Translations under genes and position numbers: made by a program
Part shown: one piece after another, positions 48,520 to 56,384 of the stretch
Position numbering within the stretch: position 1 is the stretch's first letter
Layout: each line of letters starts with the position of its first letter
Assembly: GCA_003697105.1 (NCBI GenBank)
Contig: RFFQ01000169.1
Span: 1 to 56,384, forward strand
Reading direction: 5' to 3'
DNA: 56,384 bases
From: Gemmatimonadota bacterium
GTDB taxonomy: Bacteria > 4572-55 > J002
The notes under the pieces: model-generated
The model's database searches: none
The model's input: only the letters and a program-made list of their open reading frames with translations
What the model was told of the DNA's origin: nothing

Positions 48520-49389
48520 TTACTGGGTACTCAACGTGATGAGTATCACGCCTGCCACCATGATTACCGCCCCCACCAACCGTTGTTTTAGTCCCTTTTC
48601 CCCCAAGATCAATCCACCGTAGAGCACGCTCAAAATCACGCTGGCTCGCTTAATCGAAATCACATACGCCACTAATGTTAATTGGATGGCAGACATCTGG
48701 CAAATGAGGGTCAAACCGCTCAAAACCCCAATCGGAATCAACAGCGTGAGGTAATACGGTTGGGTCAGTTGCCGGATCGAACCGGTGCGAAAGGTCAAAG
48801 GGAAAATGGCTAGCCCCATCAGGATGCTGATACTGGTTGACCAGAAGACCGGTGAGGAGTTCTGTACTCCCACTTTATCGAAGGTCGCAGAAATACTGAA
48901 CAATATGGCGACCAGTAGCATCCAACGGCAGCCGGGATCACTCACGATGGCACGGAGTGGTGCCCCTATATCCCGGCCGGGTTGCCGGTTGAGAAGATAA
49001 GCTCCACTCACAATCAACAATACGCCCATCAAACCAGTACGAGTGGGGAATTCACCCACCACAAGCGGTGCGGTCAACAATAAAAACAGCGGTGTAAAGG
49101 TGATCATCGGCGCTGCGAGGGATAAATCCGAGGCATGGAGTGCCTTCATGTAAAGAATGATCGCCAGCACATTGCAGAAACCGCTAACGACAAACGCACG
49201 CCAAAACGGGGGATGGATGTTCGGAATGCCATCGACCCAGAGGGTAGGTATCAGCAACACGAGAGCAAATACATTGTGTGACCATGCCGCCAGATAGGGA
49301 TGCACGTCACGGAGGAGGCTCCGCTTGCTGAAGAGGTCTTTGAGGGAATTGAAAACAGCGGTCAAAAGGGCAAAAATAAGCCAGAGCAT
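48520..49389 (-). CDS. DMT/EamA family transporter
   Basis: About 10 TM helices in two EamA repeats (KALHASDLSLAAP, YVISIKRASV, GEKGLKQRL); real start ATG 49389 overlaps the mraY stop (TGATG). Confidence 0.9.
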   Translation of the reverse strand: MLWLIFALLTAVFNSLKDLFSKRSLLRDVHPYLAAWSHNVFALVLLIPTLWVDGIPNIHPPFWRAFVVSGFCNVLAIILYMKALHASDLSLAAPMITFTPLFLLLTAPLVVGEFPTRTGLMGVLLIVSGAYLLNRQPGRDIGAPLRAIVSDPGCRWMLLVAILFSISATFDKVGVQNSSPVFWSTSISILMGLAIFPLTFRTGSIRQLTQPYYLTLLIPIGVLSGLTLICQMSAIQLTLVAYVISIKRASVILSVLYGGLILGEKGLKQRLVGAVIMVAGVILITLSTQ

Positions 49390-50516
49390 CAACGCAGTTT
49401 GATGGTTGTGAGCGCGATCAGTGCCAGCATGGCGGCCACAATCCAAAATCGCACCACGACTTTGGTCTCTTCCCAGCCAAGCTTTTCAAAATGATGGTGT
49501 AACGGCGCCATCAGAAAGACACGCTTCCCTTCACCGAGCCGTTTTTTCGTCCATTTAAAATAGCTGACCTGAATCATCACCGAGAGCGCCTCTGCCACAA
49601 AAACGCCACCAATAATCACCAGCAATAGTTCGTTTTTGGTAAGGACGGCGAGTGTTCCCAAAGCACCACCTATCGCCAGAGAGCCGGTATCCCCCATAAA
49701 AATTTGCGCCGGGTGGGCATTGTACCATAAAAACCCTAAGCATGCCCCTACCATCGCCCCGCAAAAGATGGTCAATTCGCCAATATCGGGGATATACGGC
49801 AAGTTCAAGTATTCCGTGAAAATGCGATGCCCGCTGATGTATGCTAAGGTCGCAAATGCCGCCGTGGGAAATATCGCCACACCGGTTGCCAATCCATCCA
49901 GCCCATCGGTTAGATTGACGGCGTTGGATGCGCCCGTGACGACTAAAATAACAAAGGGGATAAATAAAAGCCCTAACGGGATGAAATGCTCCTTAAAGAA
50001 CGGAAAGGTGAGAATCGAGGCATGTTCCGTTACGCCGGATGCCAGTTCTACCACATAATGCGGGTTCAGATAGAGATATACCCCCAATAAGCCGCCCATG
50101 ACAATCTGCCCAATCAGTTTGTATCGTGCCACCAAACCTTTGGGATGTTTTTTGATCACTTTTAAGTAGTCATCCATAAAGCCGATCATACCCAAAAAGA
50201 GCATCGTGACGACGGTCAGGATGATGTAGCTATTTGTGACATCCGCCCAAAGGAGGGTTGGTAGAACGGTTGCCAGAATGATCAAGATCCCGCCCATGGT
50301 GGGGGTACCTTGCTTTTTCAGATGGGTTTCGGGACCTTCTTCTCGAATCACTTGCCCAATTTGGAACAGGGTAAACATGCGGATCAGCATGGGTCCAAAG
50401 ATAAAGCAGATTAACAACGCCGTAACCGCCGCATACGCCGCCCGAAAGGTGATATATTTAAAGACATTAAAAACAAAGAAATAATCGCGCAGAGGATAGA
50501 AGAGGTGATAAAACAT
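49389..50516 (-). CDS. mraY: Phospho-N-acetylmuramoyl-pentapeptide transferase
   Basis: KQGTPTMGG, GFMDDYLK, SNAVNLTDGLDGLA, PAQIFMGDTGSL, MAPLHHHFE. Confidence 0.98.
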   Translation of the reverse strand: MFYHLFYPLRDYFFVFNVFKYITFRAAYAAVTALLICFIFGPMLIRMFTLFQIGQVIREEGPETHLKKQGTPTMGGILIILATVLPTLLWADVTNSYIILTVVTMLFLGMIGFMDDYLKVIKKHPKGLVARYKLIGQIVMGGLLGVYLYLNPHYVVELASGVTEHASILTFPFFKEHFIPLGLLFIPFVILVVTGASNAVNLTDGLDGLATGVAIFPTAAFATLAYISGHRIFTEYLNLPYIPDIGELTIFCGAMVGACLGFLWYNAHPAQIFMGDTGSLAIGGALGTLAVLTKNELLLVIIGGVFVAEALSVMIQVSYFKWTKKRLGEGKRVFLMAPLHHHFEKLGWEETKVVVRFWIVAAMLALIALTTIKLR

Positions 50517-50546
50517 AACGGTCCGGTAATTGGCTGGGTTAAGTTG

Positions 50547-53500
50547 TTATTGGGGTTTATACTGGATCGCCAGCAAGGTTATATCGTCAAAACTCTCGGT
50601 GTTGCCTTGAAATTTGCGCAACTCACTCAGAATTTTTTCGGTTAGGTCTGCGGCGGAGCGGTGCCCGTGTTTTTCAACCAATTGGGTCAGGCGGCGCAAG
50701 CCGAACATTTGGCCTTGGGCGTTGCGTAGCTCCGTGACGCCATCGGTGTACAGCAAGACGGTGTCGCCGGGTTCAAGGGTTATCTGTTCTTCATTTAGAT
50801 AGGGTGATATGTCCTCAATGATACCCAGCATCAAGCCATTGGCACGGCGGCGCTCTACCTGTCGCGTTTGGGCATGGTAGATGATCAGATGCTCCTGCCC
50901 GGCACCGGTGTAATGTAAGGTGTGGCTGGAACTCTTCCAGTGGAGCAGTAACATCGTTAAAAAGCGGCTGTTTTCCATATCGGGATGGAGCAATCGGTTG
51001 ACCTCCACCAGAATATCTTTGGTTGACTGGTGGGTCTGAATCAATGGGCGTAACAGTGTTCGTGCCATCGCCATTACGAGCCCCGCCGGTACACCTTTCC
51101 CAGAGACATCTCCAATGCAGAGGTACAGCTCATCCGGCTGACCGGTGGTAATATAATCAAAGTAGTCGCCGCCGACCTCTTTTGCCGGTACCATGACGCC
51201 GTGTACATCCAGCCGGTCAATTTGGGGCACCTGTTTGGGCAACAACCCCATTTGGATTTGGCTGGCAATCGCAAACTCCTGCTCCAGACGCTCCTTGATG
51301 GCGACATCTTCGTACAAACGGGCGTTTTCAATGGCGATGGACGCCTGCCCCGCAAGGGTTTCGATCAGGGTTAAATCTTCCACCGTAAATTCTTTACTAA
51401 CCAAATGGCTGTCCAGATAGACAATACCGATAATCCGATCTTTGGCTTTGAGGGGGACACACAAAATACTCTGTAATTTGAGGTCGGCGATGCTACTGAA
51501 GGAATCTTCGTGCTCCCGTAAGCTATTGATTCGCTTGGCAATACCCGATTTGAGAACACTTTGAGGGATACTCCGGCTGATCCGGAATTCTCCGGCTTCC
51601 AGCCGGTTGCCCCATTCGTCTCGGGCGGTTTTGAAGGTTAATTCACCATTTTCCAACAGCATTAAAAAGCCTCGCTGGGCACCGGTAATTTCCAGCATTT
51701 TATCAATGAGTAGTTCCAGTAGGTCATCCAGATCCAGAACCGAGGTGAGGGCTTTACCGATTTCGTATAATTTGGTAATCTCATTATTGAGCCGTTCGGT
51801 ATTCCGGCGGTCGGTCGCCACGCGCTCGTACAAACGGGCATTCTCAATTGCGACAGCCGCTTGGTCTGCCAAGGATTGGAAAAATTCCAATGTTTGGAGC
51901 ATAAAATCATCTTCAATAATTTGATTATCCACATACAGTGCTCCGATCAAGCGGTCTTGGACGTACATCGGAGCGACCATGATTGTCCGAATATTCTCTT
52001 CGATCACCGCCGGATCGGCTTGATATAACGTCTCTTTAGACGCATCATGGGTGTGGACGGTTTCACCGGTTTCGAGTAGCCGCTCAATTGCCACGTGGGA
52101 AATCCGAAATCGTTGGTAATCATCAATTTCATGGTTCATCCGGTAGGCAATTTCCGTATGCCAACGCCGGTTTTCATCAAACAATAACACACATGCTCGC
52201 TCTGCCTTGGTAATTTCGACGGTCATCTGCATGACTTTGTGCATCAGATCGTCAAAATCTAGCGTAGAATTAATGGTACGGCTGGCATTAAAGAGTAACC
52301 GGAAACGGCGACGCTCACGTTCCAGCGTGTCAATTTTGCCTTCTGCCTCCTGATGAAGCATGAAAAGATCATGCAAAATTTCCTCAAATTTGGATTCCTT
52401 TTTGCGGAATGTACTGGCGCCCTCCACAATTTTATCAATTTCCGCCTGTGAGAGCTTGCCACGCTCTTCGCTGATCTGATATTCCAGAAACTGAATATCT
52501 TGCGAGAGTTGCATTGCGCGGTCATGCATCTTGTAGGCTTGCTGTAATGTTTCATCGACCAACGATGCGCCTAAAAATTCCATCAATTGAGAGGCATTTT
52601 TGTATTCATTCAATGCCAGACCGGTGTTTTCCTGCCGGAAATAGACCCGCCCAATTTCATGATGTATCTGCCACACCATCGGGAACATCCGTAGCTCTTC
52701 TGCCATTTGATTCGCTAATTGGAGTGAATCTAAGGCAGATGTCGGGTCTTCCATGAGTGAACCTGCGGTAAACAACCGGAAAATACGCAACACTTTGGAA
52801 TCCAATTGGTTTTCAATGGCTTCAACCTGATTGAGCGTCACAATCGCCGCCGCGGTATTGCCCTGTTCATGTTGGATTTGCGCCATGTCCAGCAGTACTC
52901 TTGCCCGATGATACGGATCGCCCATTTCACCAAACTGTTCTAGGGCTTGTTGAAAATACATCGCCGCATATTCATGCGCTTTCTGAAGATATGCGGCGCG
53001 CCCAAACAGAGCCGCTGCTTGTGCAGAAAGGGGTTTAAGCTGGTGCGTTTCGGCACGTTCCATCACATTTTGCGCAATTCCCATCCCGCGTTCAATCGCG
53101 CCCAAATCCAGATACAACGCTGCCAGATACACTTCACCGGTTAATTCCAGCCAGATGTAACCGATTTGCTGGGACAGCTCGATTCCTGTTTTCAACCGGA
53201 ATTCCGCATCCTGATAGGCGCCCCGCAGATGGTCTAAGCGAGCCAATCCGTAGGATGCCTCCGCCTGAATTACCGGAATACTGAGCTTTTCACCGACCGA
53301 GAGACTTTGCAACCAGCCGTGTTCCGCGGATTCAAAGTCACCTTGAACAAAATAAATTTCACCTAAGTTATTGAGGAGGTTTGCTTTGCCATGGAAATTT
53401 CCCACCCGATCGAGAATTTCACTGCCCCGTTGGTAGCAATCCAGCGCATACGAGTACTCTCCCCGGGTGGTATAGAGTAACCCCAAATTATTGTACGATG

Positions 53501-56165
53501 CTGCCATTCGTTGCACATCCGCGGATTCTTCCCGAAGTTTCAGCGCTTGCTGAAAATAGGTGATGGTTTTTTCATAATCCCCTAATTTATCATACAAAAT
53601 ACCGTATGCGTTCAGGGCGGTTGATCTGGAAGGAGGGTCATCTCCGGCGAGTTCGAGCGCGCGTTCCGCCGCTTGGCGGGCTTCCTCTACGCGCCCCAAT
53701 TTCAGATAGACCGTGGAGCGATAAGCACTCACCCGAGATTGGCCTACCCGGTCTGCTTGCTGGTGGAGCATCTCATCCAGTTTATCGTACACCGCCAGTA
53801 CGTTATCGAAATCACCTAAGTGATTATAAATGCTAGCCTTTTGGAACAAAACGGCGGGGGAGGGATTTCCCAACTGTTCAAATGTGGAAAGTGCGCGATC
53901 AAACTCACCCAAATTCTCGTATAAATTCCCTAATTTCCGGCACAGGTTTTCCCGCAGGTCTGCTTGACCCACATCTAAGATACTGAGCGCCGTCATGTAG
54001 AACGAGATTGCCTTTTCATTGGCATATAATCGCTCGGCGCGTTCACCGGCACGGATGGCATAAATACCGGTTTTGACCCGATCCCCAGCATTGGCAAAGT
54101 GATACGCCAATTCTTCTGCATTTTCGACCACCATTTTACTGGACTGTGTTTCCAGCATGGTGCCGATCAATTTATGGAGATGCTGGCGGCGACGGCGGGG
54201 TAAGTTTTCGTACAAATATTTACGGATGCCATCGTGGGCAATGATGTAGCGCACCTCGGCCCCTTTTTCCCGTTGGATAAGATGGTCTGTGTACAGTTTT
54301 TCCAGCACCACCGGCAATTCCATATCCCCGACAACGTGCATCAACATATCGGCCGTGGCTGGTTTGTTGAGCACCGCCATGACTTCCAGCACATAAGTGG
54401 CAAACTCGCTCATTTTAGCTAATTTACGCTCGACCAGCACCGCGATACTTTGCGGAATGTCCACTTCAAAGAGTTCATCCACATCGGCATATAGAATCCC
54501 ATCCTTGTGATAGATCAGGTCATTTTCCGCTAAAGATTTCATGACTTCTTGAATCAATAGCGGGTTTCCGTTGGTTTCCTGTGTGATCTTTTCCACGAAA
54601 TCCGACGGGGGGCGATTTGTGCCAAACATGGAAGTAATGAGGTTAGAAACATCCTCATTGGTAAAGGGTTTTAATTCTATGAATTGGGTATAGTTTTGCT
54701 GGCGAAACTCATCTAACGCATTGGAGAGTAATTTGTTTTCAATGTCCGTCTCCCGGAAATTGATACACAATAGCAAATTACCTTGTGTTCGTTCTGCCAG
54801 CGTTTTGAGAAGTTCGACGGAGACACTATCTGCCCAATGAAATTGGTTCACCACCAATACCAAGGGGCGTTTTGCGCTAAATTCGATCAAAAAATCAACC
54901 ACACTATCGATCAAGGTGATAATTTCGGTAGTCGTCTCCTGTTCCGGTAGGGAGACCGGTATATCGGGGACTAATTTGACCAGTTGGGGGGCGTAAGCCT
55001 GCAAAAGTTCGGGTGTTTTGGTAAAAAATTCCGACCGGACCACACCGGAGAGAATCTCGATAAACGGTTGGGCGATAAGGGCGCCATCTTTATAACAATT
55101 ACCTTGATAAAAATCCACCTGATTCAGTTGGCAATGAATCCGAAATTCCCGTATCAGGCGGTCTTTACCCATGCCGGCTCCTCCTGAAATCAGCACGAGC
55201 GGTTGGGCACAAATACCGTTGACGACATCTGTCAGGGATTGTTTCAATAGGGTCAACTCATTTTCGCGTTCTACAAACCGCCCACTCAGGATGTAACTAC
55301 GCCTGGTTTCCGTAGTTTCCAGATCAAATTCTTGTTGGGTCAATTCATTGATTGCCTGAATGATTTCATTGGCACTGGCGTACCGGTCATTTGGGTTTTT
55401 GGCTAACAGTTTAAGGATAATTCGCTCTAACCCTTCCGGGATGCGCAGATCCACTCGCCGGGGGGAGGGGGGCGGTTGTTCCACGTGCTTTTTTAAGATT
55501 TCCGCGGAATGTTTACCGGTGAACGGAAGGGTACCGGTGACAATGCGGTACAATACCACGCCAAGCGAATATAAATCGGCGCGCTGGTCAATTCGTTCCC
55601 GACGGATCATCTCTGGGGCAATAAAATAAATGGTACCACGTACCGTACCGGTGTCTTGTTTGGTTTGAAGTTCCTGTGCCAACCCAAAATCCATCAGTTT
55701 GACACGCACCGGCTCCGTTTCCGAATAGAGGATGTTACTCGGTTTTATATCATAGTGGATCATGCCGCGTGAATGGATGTACTCCAGAGCGCGGCAAATT
55801 TGGACGACAATTGCGTAAAATATATCGTAATTGAGGTCTTCCAGTTTGTGGGTCCCTTTTCCACCGCGCAGGTCACGCAGGTCTTTCCCGTGGAAATATT
55901 CCATGGTAAAAAAGCATTCACCATTTTCCGTGGTGCTATAATCGTACACCTCCGCCAGATTGGGATGGTGAAGTTCCGCCATCGCCCGAAATTCATTCTT
56001 GAACCGGTGGATCGTCTTCGCTTCCGCCACTTCCGGACGGATCATTTTTAGGGCTTTTTGCTGGTGGTCTTGGAAGACATCTTCCACTAAATAAACGGTA
56101 CTCATCCCGCCCGAACCCAGCGTTTTGACCACTTGATACCGGTTGGCTATTAGATTATCATACAT
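50547..56165 (-). CDS. Multidomain signalling protein: Ser/Thr kinase - STAND/AAA-like - TPR - 2xGAF - PP2C (SpoIIE) phosphatase
   Basis: LGSGGMS, ALK, HYDIKPSN, DFG, APE (kinase); GGAGMGKD, GNPLLIQE (STAND-like); TPRs; two GAFs ending AIENARLYE; VGGDYFD, GDVSGKG, YTDGV, DDIT (PP2C). Confidence 0.93.
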   Translation of the reverse strand: MYDNLIANRYQVVKTLGSGGMSTVYLVEDVFQDHQQKALKMIRPEVAEAKTIHRFKNEFRAMAELHHPNLAEVYDYSTTENGECFFTMEYFHGKDLRDLRGGKGTHKLEDLNYDIFYAIVVQICRALEYIHSRGMIHYDIKPSNILYSETEPVRVKLMDFGLAQELQTKQDTGTVRGTIYFIAPEMIRRERIDQRADLYSLGVVLYRIVTGTLPFTGKHSAEILKKHVEQPPPSPRRVDLRIPEGLERIILKLLAKNPNDRYASANEIIQAINELTQQEFDLETTETRRSYILSGRFVERENELTLLKQSLTDVVNGICAQPLVLISGGAGMGKDRLIREFRIHCQLNQVDFYQGNCYKDGALIAQPFIEILSGVVRSEFFTKTPELLQAYAPQLVKLVPDIPVSLPEQETTTEIITLIDSVVDFLIEFSAKRPLVLVVNQFHWADSVSVELLKTLAERTQGNLLLCINFRETDIENKLLSNALDEFRQQNYTQFIELKPFTNEDVSNLITSMFGTNRPPSDFVEKITQETNGNPLLIQEVMKSLAENDLIYHKDGILYADVDELFEVDIPQSIAVLVERKLAKMSEFATYVLEVMAVLNKPATADMLMHVVGDMELPVVLEKLYTDHLIQREKGAEVRYIIAHDGIRKYLYENLPRRRRQHLHKLIGTMLETQSSKMVVENAEELAYHFANAGDRVKTGIYAIRAGERAERLYANEKAISFYMTALSILDVGQADLRENLCRKLGNLYENLGEFDRALSTFEQLGNPSPAVLFQKASIYNHLGDFDNVLAVYDKLDEMLHQQADRVGQSRVSAYRSTVYLKLGRVEEARQAAERALELAGDDPPSRSTALNAYGILYDKLGDYEKTITYFQQALKLREESADVQRMAASYNNLGLLYTTRGEYSYALDCYQRGSEILDRVGNFHGKANLLNNLGEIYFVQGDFESAEHGWLQSLSVGEKLSIPVIQAEASYGLARLDHLRGAYQDAEFRLKTGIELSQQIGYIWLELTGEVYLAALYLDLGAIERGMGIAQNVMERAETHQLKPLSAQAAALFGRAAYLQKAHEYAAMYFQQALEQFGEMGDPYHRARVLLDMAQIQHEQGNTAAAIVTLNQVEAIENQLDSKVLRIFRLFTAGSLMEDPTSALDSLQLANQMAEELRMFPMVWQIHHEIGRVYFRQENTGLALNEYKNASQLMEFLGASLVDETLQQAYKMHDRAMQLSQDIQFLEYQISEERGKLSQAEIDKIVEGASTFRKKESKFEEILHDLFMLHQEAEGKIDTLERERRRFRLLFNASRTINSTLDFDDLMHKVMQMTVEITKAERACVLLFDENRRWHTEIAYRMNHEIDDYQRFRISHVAIERLLETGETVHTHDASKETLYQADPAVIEENIRTIMVAPMYVQDRLIGALYVDNQIIEDDFMLQTLEFFQSLADQAAVAIENARLYERVATDRRNTERLNNEITKLYEIGKALTSVLDLDDLLELLIDKMLEITGAQRGFLMLLENGELTFKTARDEWGNRLEAGEFRISRSIPQSVLKSGIAKRINSLREHEDSFSSIADLKLQSILCVPLKAKDRIIGIVYLDSHLVSKEFTVEDLTLIETLAGQASIAIENARLYEDVAIKERLEQEFAIASQIQMGLLPKQVPQIDRLDVHGVMVPAKEVGGDYFDYITTGQPDELYLCIGDVSGKGVPAGLVMAMARTLLRPLIQTHQSTKDILVEVNRLLHPDMENSRFLTMLLLHWKSSSHTLHYTGAGQEHLIIYHAQTRQVERRRANGLMLGIIEDISPYLNEEQITLEPGDTVLLYTDGVTELRNAQGQMFGLRRLTQLVEKHGHRSAADLTEKILSELRKFQGNTESFDDITLLAIQYKPQ

Positions 56166-56384
56166 AGGATTATGTGCTTATGTGAAAGGGTAAATAATTC
56201 GCCCAGAGGCATTACGACGTTAATTCAGAATTGCCCCACGAAGGACTGCCTGAGCTTACCGAATGGAAGCCTTTGTGGCTGACCGGGAATAAAAATCATT
56301 CCGTTCAAACCAAACGGGGAGATATGCCGGTCATTGTGTTGTTCAGTCATATACGAGTCGGTGAATCCATGACGTATCCCGACC

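Noticed and set aside
56166-56384. Partial CDS or repeat element at the right edge (TTCGGTAAGCTCAGG on the minus strand)
   Set aside because: Too short to choose a frame or confirm a repeat family without flanking sequence.

Overview
This 56.4 kb window is bacterial chromosomal DNA, probably from an FCB-superphylum lineage that is not Bacteroidota. It has T9SS-type/FlgD-Ig C-terminal domains, a C25 gingipain-like protein and a fused E1 alpha/beta, yet uses sigma70-type TTGACA-17-TAnnnT promoters and strong Shine-Dalgarno sites. Housekeeping content: tilS, tRNA-fMet and tRNA-Met(e), PGM/PMM, fused 2-oxoacid dehydrogenase E1, fumC, accA, mraY, a thioesterase and an Ste24 peptidase. Signalling genes: two REC-HK hybrids, a PilS-like kinase, a cyclase-STAND-TPR protein and a kinase-STAND-TPR-2xGAF-PP2C protein. 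There are also several secreted or surface proteins. Three loci stand out. (1) A compact cmr1-cmr6-cmr4-cmr5 block (16.5-19.9 kb) in type III-C order that cleanly lacks Cas10/Csx11 and Cmr3/Cas5; no Cas6, Cas1/2 or array is seen in the window. (2) A free-standing, intact 431-aa intein-like ORF (Hint + LAGLIDADG) with its own promoter, no exteins and every splicing residue substituted, a candidate domesticated intein. (3) A Wza/SLBB export gene followed by two stand-alone PqqD/RRE genes (one with a Tat-like motif) and a P-domain/Ig surface protein. All family assignments come from reading motifs by eye; no database searches were run.
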